The notes under the pieces are model-generated. The model searched no databases. It saw only the letters and a list, made by a program, of their open reading frames with translations, and was not told where the DNA came from. A stretch of DNA of 18,307 nt from Octopus sinensis (lineage: Eukaryota), in assembly GCF_006345805.1 (NCBI RefSeq), contig NW_021824531.1, positions 1-18,307 on the forward strand, written 5' to 3'. This document shows positions 8,610 to 18,307 of the stretch, piece after piece. Position numbers and translations under genes: made by a program. The number at the start of each line of letters is the position of its first letter. The first letter of the stretch is position 1.

Positions 8610-8839
8610 CCGGAGTAAACACATAATGGAAAAAGAGTACTCAAATACCAGTGGTAGAGTAATATGCTTTATTTAAAGCAGCAGAAAATTCAACAAAACC
8701 TGTTACTCTGAGGTTTCCCGTTGCCGTTCATCGGACAGTTTTTGTAGAAAAAAACTAGCAAAACTGTCCGATGAACGGCAACGAGAAACTCAGAGTAACA
8801 GGTTTTGTTGAATTTTCTGCTGCTTTAAATAAAGTATAT
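8610..8839. mobile_element. Foldback element with ~80-bp inverted arms; Penelope pLTR-like with hammerhead-like motif
   Basis: Arms 8662-8742 and ~8760-8839 differ at about 3 positions; the element sits between two (TA)n tracts. The palindrome is seen directly; the Penelope assignment is inferred. Confidence 0.7.
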
Positions 8840-8860
8840 ATATGTATATATATATATATA

Positions 8861-8908
<48 letters not shown>

Positions 8909-9034
8909 TGTTTGTGTGTGTGTGTATGTATGTATGTATGTATGTATGTATGTTATGTATTCATATGTATATGAGTGTTTGGATAAATGTTTGTGCTTGC
9001 GTGTATATGAGTTTGTGTGTGTGTGTGTACATAT

Positions 9035-9408
9035 ACTTTCTTTTACTTGTTTCAGACATTTTAAATATTAGACTGCGGCCATGCTGGGGCACTGCCATGA
9101 AGAATTTTAGTCGAACGACTCGACCCCATAACTTAAGCCTAGTACTTATTCTATTTATATATATGTGTGTGTGTATGTATGTATGTATGTTTGTATGTAT
9201 GTATGTATGTTATGTATGTATGTATGTATGTATGTATGTATGTATGTATGACAAGTTTTCAGTTTCTGTCCATCAAATCCACTCACAAAGCATTGGTCGG
9301 CTTGAGGCTGCATAACAGGAGATACCCAAGTTGTCACACAGTGGGACTGAACCGGGAACTAAGTAATTGGGAGGCAAACTTCTCACCACACAGCCACGCA
9401 TCCACCTA
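9035..9408 (-). mobile_element. SINE family A, diverged, internal (TATG)n expansion
   Basis: 3' half at 9035-9145, (TATG)n at ~9170-9250, head at 9255-9408. Confidence 0.85.
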
Positions 9409-9430
9409 TATGTATATAACAAACGATAGA

Positions 9431-10000
9431 AACGGAAAATAGAATATACTAGAAACTTAATTGTTCACAACGATCGTTTCGACCCATCTTGCATCGATCC
9501 CTCGCTGGTGGGATTCTATAAAACTGGTTGTGGTGCTTCCTTCGGTACCGAAGCGTCTCATGAGAGGATTTTACAAGGAGTATCACGTTATATAAACCCT
9601 GTTTCGCTCGGTTACAATACAACATGTTAGTGACCGTAGATTTAAGCCTTTGGGAAGGAATGGCGAGGGTTTGATTCTGTTGCCTTGTTACAAACGCTAA
9701 TTTACATGTATATAGTAGTAAATCAATGACAGGGAGTAAATAGGGAAAAAAGGAGAAAAATAAGAAACATAAAAATAAAATATACAATAAAGTAAAAAAA
9801 AACCTACGGCCACTAGCAACATGTGGTGTTAAAACCGAGCGAAACGAGACACCCGTTGTAAAATGACCTGACGAGAGGCTTTAGCACCGAGGGATGCAAT
9901 ACAACCAGTTGTACAGTACCCGTCTGCAGTGGATCGATGCAAGATAGGTTGAAACGATCGTTGTGAGGAATAAAGTTTCTCGTATGTTCCATTTTCCATT
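9431..10000. repeat. Diverged long inverted repeat (~200-bp arms, ~155-bp spacer)
   Basis: 9431-9643 aligns to the reverse complement of 9800-10000; for example GGATCGATGCAAGATRGGTYGAAACGATCGTTGTGA is shared. Confidence 0.9.
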
Positions 10001-10019
10001 ATTATTTGTTATATACTCG

Positions 10020-10029
10020 ATAGATTGAT

Positions 10030-10128
<99 letters not shown>

Positions 10129-10131
10129 AAG

Positions 10132-10189
<58 letters not shown>

Positions 10190-10248
10190 TAGATAGGTAG
10201 GTAGGTAGGTAGGTAGGTAGGTAGGTAGGTAGGTAGATAGATAGATGA
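10020..10248. repeat. Compound microsatellite (GACA)(GATA)(TA)(GA)(TAGG)
   Basis: Direct reading. Confidence 0.95.
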
Positions 10249-10814
10249 ATTTTGTATATATAATGAGGACTGCGTTACCCTATGGCTTCGGTTATTATTA
10301 TTGTTGATGTTGTTGTTGTGGGTGGTGGTGTAGGTAGTGTTGGTCGTAGTAGTACTGATGGTTGTACGTCTGATATTTCCTGTCAGTCTTGTTTTGTTTT
10401 GACTTAACTCTCTACATTGACAACTTGACTCAGTTGCATTTATCTTATTTGAAGTCAGTCAGTTTGAAATCAAAATAAAATAAAATAAAATAGACAAATA
10501 AATAAACGGATGAAAACAAGATTTATTAAAGCAGACGACACCGTGAGCGTTGTTTGGCGGGAAATGCCAAGCACATCAAACCAAGCTACGTCGTCATTTC
10601 CTCTCAATACAATCTGGTCAAAATGACATCTCACTTGTCAGAGAATCAGCCACGTTAGGTTAAGCTTTAGCCGTATCAAAGTTTGATAATTAATTAGATG
10701 AAAGCATTCCTAATTCTTAGAACATAAAAATAGCTAATATCAAATATGCGGTCACAATAAGAATAATATTGTTACTGATTTAGGCAGGAGAGCAATTTCG
10801 TAGCAGGGAGTTGT

Positions 10815-10975
10815 TCAATAACATCGATTCCGGTATTTGACCGCTTCTTTATTTTATCGGCCCCGAAAGGTTGAATAGCAAAGTTGTCTGAGGAGAACTT
10901 AGAATTTGAACTTAGAATGTGAAGAGCAAGAAAAATGGCGCAAAGCATTTTGTCAGTCGCTCTAACGTTCTGCTA
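10815..10975 (-). mobile_element. Degenerate SINE family B
   Basis: Reverse strand contains GTTCAAATTC and TTCAACCTTTCGGGGCCGATAAAATAAAG. Confidence 0.7.
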
Positions 10976-11084
10976 CAAAAATATAAGTGGATGACCAACA
11001 AAATATTTTTGGAGATTTCTCTAAGTTTAGGATCTTTGGATGTATAGCTTCGATGTGTCTGTCAAGGTTCCTTGAAATTTGTCT

Positions 11085-11291
11085 TTTATCTTTTACTTGT
11101 TTCAGTCATTGGACTGCGGTCATGCTGGAAAACGTCTTGAAGGGTTTAGTCGAACAAATAGAACCCGGCACTGACTTTTTAAGCATGGTACTTGCTCTGT
11201 TGATTTCTTTTGCCAAGCCTGTAAGATACGGAGACAGAAACAAAGCAACACCGATTGTCAAGCGGTAATGGGGACAACATAAAACACAACG

Positions 11292-11356
<65 letters not shown>

Positions 11357-11365
11357 CACACACAT
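11085..11365 (-). mobile_element. SINE family A, 3' half plus (CA)n
   Basis: TCTTTTACTTGTTTCAGTCATTGGACTGCGGTCATGCTGG...GATTGTCAAGCG followed by (CA)n. Confidence 0.85.
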
Positions 11366-12156
11366 GTATAATGTAAGAATAAATGTATATATCAATATCT
11401 ATAGTGGAGAAAGCCGCTTATCAATTAGGTATGTAACAGTTACTAAAACTACTAAAAGAAAGCAATTATTAAAGAGTTGACCGCCTGGAAATATTTTTAT
11501 AAATTCATGTTCTAAGAAATTTCCTATAATTTCGATTTCTCAAGTTTATTGAATTTTTTAAACTCCAATTTCTAGCAAATTTAAATATTCATTGCATTCA
11601 CTGCATCTAATTCTTCACAGATTTAAATATTCATTGCATTCGCTGCGGAGTATTCCATTTTCATTTGCAAAGACTCTCACATTCTATTTTAAGTTGTAAT
11701 TTGCTATTTGGAAAACTTATAGTTTTCTTCTATTAATGTATATGTACTGTAAAAATATTATTTATTGAATGAAATTTTTTTTAAATACCCGTATAATTTT
11801 GAAAGCGGATAGCTGTGAGAAGAGCCTAGAAAGTTGGGTAATTACTTTAGAAGACGAGGAGAAAAAGAAAGTTGCCGACAAGTACTCGAAACTTGCACTT
11901 TATTCACAGTTTCCAAATATTCTATACCACTAAGCTAATATATGCACAAACAAGTTGCAGGAGCGACTTCATCGGTGTGTGTGTGTGTGTGTGTGTGCTC
12001 GAGCGTGTTTTGAATGCGACGAAAATATTTTTACACAAATGAAATTTTAATGTTGAAGTGAAACTGGTAATACTTAAATACAGAGGTCTCTTAACTTAAA
12101 TATAGGTGTTACATACAAAACATTTTAAATGTACGCTGTGTGGAAGTGTAATGACA

Positions 12157-12189
12157 CCCTAGCCCTAACCTTAACCCTAAACTAACCCT
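12157..12189. repeat. Short degenerate (CCCTAA)n telomere-like run
   Basis: CCCTAG CCCTAA CCTTAA CCCTAA ACTAA CCCT. Confidence 0.6.
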
Positions 12190-13148
12190 CCCCTTCATAT
12201 CGTTGCGTAGATGTATCGGAACCTCTTATTTAAATAGTACAGTGAAACTAACGATTTTTGTGAGTTCTTGAATGGCTTACAAACATCTACGCTTTTCTTT
12301 CAGCACACGATCTCAGATCAAGTCACTTGCTATGCAAGTACATCTCCGTAATTTTAAAAAATCACTATGGATAAATGCCAGTAATGACAATCTCAGGCTC
12401 TCCAATATTTTAATTTCTAAACAGAAACAATTGGGGGAAGGGAATGGGCTTGCAAAAAATTCATAATTTCTCAAAATTTCTTTTTTTTATAGCATATAAA
12501 TGTATTTATGGGGGGAAAATATTGAAAAACATCAATACATGCGACAGTTATAAAGAAACTAGGAGGGTTGTCTTTGAATGTGCTAGAAACAACAGCCAAA
12601 TCGCCTTTAGATCACTCACTTTTCCTTCTGAAAATATTAACAATTTTATTTCTTATTTTTTAACGAAAATGTTCTTCCCATAGTTTTCAAGTGCAAAAGA
12701 AAAAAAAATTGGCCAAAATAGGCCCGAAGTGAGATGATGTGGGAAGTGGAAGACAAAAAAAAAAAAAAGAGTTTTCAAAACATTTTTCATACAAAGATGC
12801 TCCCGCCAACCCCATCATTTCGAAGGCTGTAGCTAAAATAAAAAAATGTGGAAAATCCATGAAAAAAATTTCCCCACAAATTTCTTTATAATCGTAATCT
12901 ATGCCGTTTGAAAGGGATTTGTATAAATTTTCATTAAAAGATACCCATCTTCCTGAAAATTATGAGGGAAAATGTCAGATCGTGTGAATTTTCCGAAACT
13001 TATCTCTCCACCCCCTCGGAAAAATTATTTCCCATATATATTTTGAAGCCAAACACTTAAGCGCTATTTGTAGAAAATTTTGTTAAAAAGTATTCATTTT
13101 TCTGGATGTTATGAGGCAACAAAGTCGGGGGTGTATACATCTGTAGTA

Positions 13149-13231
13149 ATGCCCTTATTCGATTGCTATCACTTCTGTAGATACGGTGGGATGTTATATT
13201 TCCGCTAAAGATGTCAAACTAGAGCGAAACG
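13149..13231 (+). mobile_element. Penelope pLTR-like fragment, inverted partner of 14478-14564
   Basis: Near identical to the reverse complement of 14478-14564 (one substitution and one 4-nt indel); carries CTAAAGA...GAAACG. Confidence 0.65.
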
Positions 13232-13268
13232 ATTTTTTCATTTCATGTTTATTTCATTCATTGTTTGC

Positions 13269-13354
<86 letters not shown>

Positions 13355-13738
13355 GCAAGGTTTACAGATGGGCTACTGAATTGAAATCTCTATGTTGCTT
13401 TGAGGGGAAGGCAAAACTTGACAAACTGCTTCTCTCTCTGTTGCTGGACTACCGTGATGTTTGTTTAAAAAAGAGATATTATGACTGTGATAAAATAATG
13501 AAAGCAATATTTGCTAAGCAAGTGAGCACTATTATTCATAGAAATAATTAGATGTAATATATAAAAATTATTACAATTGGGAATCACATGTGAAAATGTT
13601 ATCAAGCGGCAAGCAGAAAACCGCCTGGATGGCGGTTATTCTACTAGTATATGTATATGTGTATATCTATGTGTGTGTGTGTGTGTGTGTGTTTGAGTGT
13701 GTGTGTGTATGTATGTATGTATGTATGTATGTATTATG

Positions 13739-13770
<32 letters not shown>

Positions 13771-13790
13771 TGTATGTATGTATGTATGTA

Positions 13791-14270
13791 CGATTCCACC
13801 AAAAATGCCTTCGCTGCATTTTAAACGTTAAATGAGGCTTTTTTTTTAAACTCCGGGTACAGATGCCTTTGCGTCTGCAGGCATCACTTCAATTAAATCA
13901 ATGATTCTGAAAAACCAAATGAGATAGTCTGGCCATATAGTTCGAATGGTGGATGAACGCACACCCAAACAGCTGTCTTATCGCAAGCTTGCACAGGGCA
14001 AATGCAATCGGTGTAAACCTAAAAAGAGATTCAAGGACGGCACAGTTTCTGACAGATCATGCCTTTCTTTTGCCGGGCTCAAATCTCATTTGCGGATCCA
14101 TGAAAAACAAACCTCCACCAACTATTCTGCATACATGTCTGTGCACACCTTTCAATGGCGTGTATGCCATAAGGTCTGCAAATCTAACGGAAGCCTCAAA
14201 AGACATGTTAAGATTCACAGAGTTCGGAAATAGTTGTCAGAATCGTCCGAGTTGGAGAAAAATAAACGCT
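13791..14270 (+). pseudogene. RTE-clade LINE 3' remnant: post-RT region plus two degenerate C2H2 fingers
   Basis: FHQKCLRCILNVK* / AGITSIKSMILKNQMR*SGHIVRMVDERTPKQLSYRKLAQGKCNRCKPKKRFKD matches the RTE C-terminal pattern (RWxGHVxRMxxxRxPKxxxYGEL...RxKD); then CLSFAGLKSHLRIH and VCHKVCKSNGSLKRHVKIH. Contains stops and a frameshift. Confidence 0.88.
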
Positions 14271-14274
14271 TTGT

Positions 14275-14360
14275 GAAATTTGAATCGCCTCGTTACATTC
14301 TGAGTTCAGAACTCACTGATATCGATTCTGCCCTTCAACCTTTCGCGGTCGATAAAATAC
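14275..14360 (+). mobile_element. Degenerate SINE family B fragment
   Basis: TTACATTCTGAGTTCAGAAC...CCCTTCAACCTTTCGCGGTCGATAAAATA. Confidence 0.6.
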
Positions 14361-14419
14361 ACTTTATCCTTCCCCTCTCAAGAGGCATGCACGTGATAAA
14401 TTATAATTAAGTCGGCAAA

Positions 14420-14564
14420 AATATTTTAATGGATATTGGAAAATTATTAAATCTGACGTAAGGGGAATAACTCCGGACGTTTCGCTCTAGTTTGACTTCT
14501 TTAGCGGAAATATAACATCCCACCGTATCTACAGAAGTGATAGCAATCGAATAACTAAGGGCAT
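14420..14564 (-). mobile_element. Penelope pLTR-like fragment with minimal hammerhead-like motif
   Basis: Reverse strand reads TTCCG-CTAAAGA-AGTCAAACTAGAGC-GAAACGTC-CGGAG; stem I (TTCCG/CGGAG) can form. Confidence 0.6.
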
Positions 14565-14687
14565 AAACATTTATTTTATTGGGTTGTCTAATAGAATCAT
14601 TGTTTCTTTTTATTTTTTCTTCATCGTCATAATCATCATAATTTTGTTTTTTACTTATTTGCATTTTAATCTTAGTAATTATCTATT

Positions 14688-14908
14688 TCCGAACCGCTAA
14701 GTTACGGAGACGTAAACACACCAAGCAATGATAGGACACACACATGCAAATGACGGGCTTCTATCAGTTTCCATCTACCAAATCCACTCACAAGGCTTTG
14801 GTCGGCCCGAAGCTAAAGCAGAACATAATTGCCCAAGGTGCCACTCAGTGAGAGTGATCTGGAACCGTGTGGCTGGGAAGCAAACCTCTTACCACACAGC
14901 CACACCTG
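14688..14908 (-). mobile_element. SINE family A, internally shortened
   Basis: GCCAAGGTGCCACTCAGTG-type head and CCGAACCGCTAAGTTACGG segment, as in other family A copies. Confidence 0.85.
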
Positions 14909-15108
14909 AAAAGAGATAAGATTTATTTAAATTTCAAAAGCGATAAGCAAGAGTTATAGAGGAAAAATTACGCTAAAAAAACTACGTCTTAAGATGCGTG
15001 CTTTGTCAAGAGCTCGGACATGAAAGAGAAGTGAAGGCGTTATGTAGTGAAAGTCAGCGCGTGTCCAGAACAACCAAGACAGATTTTGATATATCGTTTG
15101 AATTATTC

Positions 15109-15272
15109 AAGGCGGCAAGCTGGCAAAATCATTTCTGCACCGGGCAAAATACTTAGCGACATTTCGTCCGACTTTACGTTTTGAGTTCAAATTCCGCCGA
15201 GCTAGACGTTACCTTTCATCCTTTCGGGATCGATAAAATAAGTATCAATTGATTACTAGAGGTGATGTAATC
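15109..15272 (+). mobile_element. SINE family B, 3'-truncated
   Basis: GGCGGCAAGCTGGCAAAATC...GAGTTCAAATTCCGCCGAG...CCTTTCATCCTTTCGGGATCGATAAAATAAG. Confidence 0.85.
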
Positions 15273-18212
15273 CCTATACTTTGTCAAGTCCATACTTGTT
15301 GCAAAGTGCCCTATGGATAATCCTTACTCTTTTGTCATAACGTCTCTTATATTGTTTCTGGACTGGTACTATGCCATACGGTTTCACCATTTTGTTAACG
15401 AATTCTGCACTTATCACTTTCTGATGTGTTGTCTATTCTGTATTTCATGTAATTGGTTCTTACTGCTTGCTCTTGGACAGCACAGATTAGAGCCTCCATT
15501 TTCGGTTTTAAATCACTTTTAGTCATCCATAGACATCTTTTTTCTCTGTCTGTCTTCAACATTCCTAAGAAATTGTCCATACATTCTTTTCTTTATCCAC
15601 CCATTTTCAGCTTCATTTATTCTCAAGTCCTTGTACAGTGCTTTATCTTTGCAATCTTCCATCCTACACAAGTCTGACCTTCTTACTTCCAATATTAAGG
15701 CGGCGAGCTGGTAGAAACTTCAGCACGCCGGACGAAATGCTTAGCGGTATTTCGTCTGTCTTTACGTTCTGAGTTCAAATTCCGCTGAGGTCGACTTTGC
15801 CTTTCATCCTTTCGGGGTCGATAAATTAAGTATCACTTGCGTACTGGGGTCGACCTAATCGACCCCACCCCCACCCAAATGTCGGGCCTTGTGTCTAGAG
15901 TAGAAAAGAATATTAGTATTGATAGGTTCAATCTTATTCCGTCCGTTTAATTTCAACTTAAGGATTAGTCTCAGTCTGCGCAAGTACTCCACCTTAAATG
16001 TTTTTGTCATTTCTTTTTCCTTCAATTTATCCATTTCCAATATCCCCAAGAACGTATAACCCGTCTCTTCTATCTGCTTCATAACCTCCCCCGATGGTAT
16101 CGCTAGCCCATATATACATATAATTTTGCCTCTCTTCAAGATTAACATACCACACGTTTTCAGTCTGAACTCCATTCTGATATCAGCACTGAAAGTATAC
16201 ACCATATCAATGAGGGAACTGACTTGGGATTCATCTTTACCATAAGTTATGATGTCATTCATGAATAACAAGTGGTTGAATTTCTGTTGGAGGCTTTTGA
16301 ATACATATCCAGCTTTTGCTTTACTCGGAATCAGTGTTAGCGGTATCATGCACAGTACAAAAATCAGCGGGGACAGGCAGTCCCCTTGGAAATGCCTCTC
16401 CTGATTTCTATTGTCCCCAAACTTCTTCCATATGCTGTCAGTTCCGTCCTCCACTTCGCCATACTTTTTACAAGCAGTCGCTCAACATCCGATGAACCAA
16501 ATGGGTTCATACATTCCATAATCCAAGAATGTTAGTTTTCCTCCTCTTGCCGTCTCTAAGTACAGTTTTGTCTACCAGGAGTTGATCCTTGCTACCTCTG
16601 CAATTATGCTTGCAACCCATTTTCCCCCCAGATGTCCGTACATTGACTATTCCAGTCAATAATTTCCACATAAGTGGCAAGCAGGATATCGGCCTGTAAT
16701 TATCTACCGTATTGCCTTTTTCGATGTTTTTCAAGCACAGCATTGTCCTACCTATTGTCAACCACTCTGGTGTTACTTGGTCTTTTGATCCAGTAGCCTT
16801 GAACTCCATCTGGTCCCGGGGTCTTCCCGTTGCCCTTTTTCTTTTTGCTAATTTCCTTCACTTCCTTTACTAAAATGACTGGCTCTGCCTGTTTTGGACA
16901 GACTACTTTTTGCTTCAGTTCTTGCAACAATTCAGCATCCTTCTTGTACTCCTTGTCTTTGCTCCAGGTGTCACTCCAAAACCTCTGACTTTCAATGTTA
17001 TCTGGTATCAACTTTTCATCTGTACAGTCTCCATTTATTTCTTTGTAGAATCTCTTCTGATCCATTCTGAATAACCTATTCTGCTGGTATTCCTTCATTA
17101 TTTGGTCATATCTTACCATCTTTACTTTCTTTGCAACGCGGCGCTGTTTCAGTTCCTTCATTACCACTTTCAGGCCCTTTCTTTCAATATCATACTTCCT
17201 GTTCAGCGCCCTGTATTTTTGTTCGCTTTTATGCTCCCCTTCTCTTTCCGGTCTGGCACAGAAATGTCCTTCGAGAGCATGTCTAACCCCGCCTGCATTC
17301 TTCTTTTCCACCATGGATCTTTTCTTTTGCCACTCTCGTTATATTTCTTTTTCTTGACATCAGCACTCACGTTTTCTGCTACAACAATACTTACTACTTT
17401 GATCAAATTGTTTGTTTCTGTGATGTTTTTTGTTCTAATGTATTTCCGAATTTTATTCACATTTTTTGTTTCCTGGTTGAATTTCTACCGATCAACCTCT
17501 TTAAGGTTGCAAATAATGTCGGTATCGTTTTCCTGTAGCCTTGCCTTTATTCCGTCCTAGATTGCCTTTTGCCCAGCTGTCATCTTACCATTAATTTTAT
17601 TGTATTCTTCCAAACTATCTATATGTCTCTCATCGAGCAAGCTATCATGGTTCCTTTCCTGTGGTTTATAAGAGATTTCATCTCTGTTTTGTGCTATCAG
17701 ATTTTATCAGTAGGAGCTGTATTTTCATCGTTTCCTCTGTTGCTGTTTTCCGGAACTTATGTGAACCAACGATTTTTTTTCGTATTGCTCTAGCTTGATC
17801 GCATAATCTCTGTTCCGTGAGTTGAAACAATCCTCTTTCTCTCCGTTGATCATACATACGTTGTTGGTATCCCTTAAGATGAACACCATTTTCGTCTACG
17901 GGGTTTCTCAAGTGGTAACACTCCATGACCACAGCATTGACTTGTTTGTTCCATCTACGCCGTGTGCGTTGGTCCCTTGCTAGATAACGACAGGCTGGAG
18001 TCCGACCAATATCTCTGAGCCTGCCGGGTGCAACACTTTCACTATCAAGTTCTTCAGTTTCATTACCACCGTTATTCACAATATTTTGTTTTTTCATTGT
18101 CACTCATATGAGGTAGCGATTATCAGGTTGCGTAATTACCAGTGTTTTTACTGACACCATCCCTAGATGTATCATCAATCAGAGCATAGGAAGATCCCAA
18201 ACGCTTCCTTTC
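15273..18212 (-). mobile_element. Decayed R4/Dong-clade (RLE-type) non-LTR retrotransposon
   Basis: N-terminal RRWNKQVNAVVMECY...GYQQRMY...TEQRLCDQARAI; RT motifs GKTPGPDG, YRPISCLPLMWKLLTGI, QGDCLSPLIF and HLLFMND (YMDD position); then WIKKRMYGQF, a CCHC remnant KCRIR*QNGETVWH, and RRYDKRVRIIHRALCNKYG. Broken by frameshifts and stops; 5' end abuts (TAA)n at 18213-18226, the known Dong-type target. Confidence 0.9.
15698..15915 (+). mobile_element. SINE family B, full length, inserted in the Dong element, 7-bp TSD
   Basis: TSD AATATTA at 15691-15697 and 15909-15915; intact head and body. Confidence 0.92.
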
Positions 18213-18307
18213 ATTATTATTATTATCATCACTGATATTATTATTTTCATTTTTTTACTATTTGTCATTGTTAATATTTCCTCTGATCCGACATGAGTTT
18301 CGGCTAA

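Noticed and set aside
11580-11646. 26-bp direct repeat ATTTAAATATTCATTGCATTCRCTGC as a regulatory element
   Set aside because: Two copies 41 bp apart in AT-rich DNA; most simply a small local duplication.
15313-17793. Plus-strand ORFs opposite the Dong element
   Set aside because: Antisense shadows of the retrotransposon ORF with no recognisable domains.
18104-18212. HDV-like ribozyme in the Dong 5' UTR
   Set aside because: I could not build the nested double pseudoknot by eye; only short hairpins are evident. It needs a descriptor search.

Overview
Eukaryotic, AT-rich, repeat-saturated DNA with no supportable intact protein-coding, rRNA, tRNA or CRISPR locus. The repeat families (three tRNA-derived SINE families, dense TATG/TA/CA microsatellites, an RTE LINE ending in C2H2 fingers) match my recollection of coleoid cephalopod, probably Octopus, genomes; this is an inference, not a database result. 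Recognisable parts: a decayed R4/Dong-clade non-LTR retrotransposon on the minus strand (~15273-18212) that keeps its 5' end but lacks its endonuclease; two RTE 3' remnants with C2H2 fingers; a CR1-like 3' end with an (ATT)n tail; about 19 SINE copies, two with clean TSDs. Most short ORFs in the track are microsatellite artefacts. The most unusual signal is four separate loci with minimal, Penelope-type hammerhead-ribozyme-like motifs: three inverted pairs (8662-8839; 9431-9643 with 9800-10000; 13149-13231 with 14478-14564) and one 39-bp tandem array (3781-3910) fused to the CR1 end. Every one deviates from the canonical hammerhead core, so catalytic activity is unproven.
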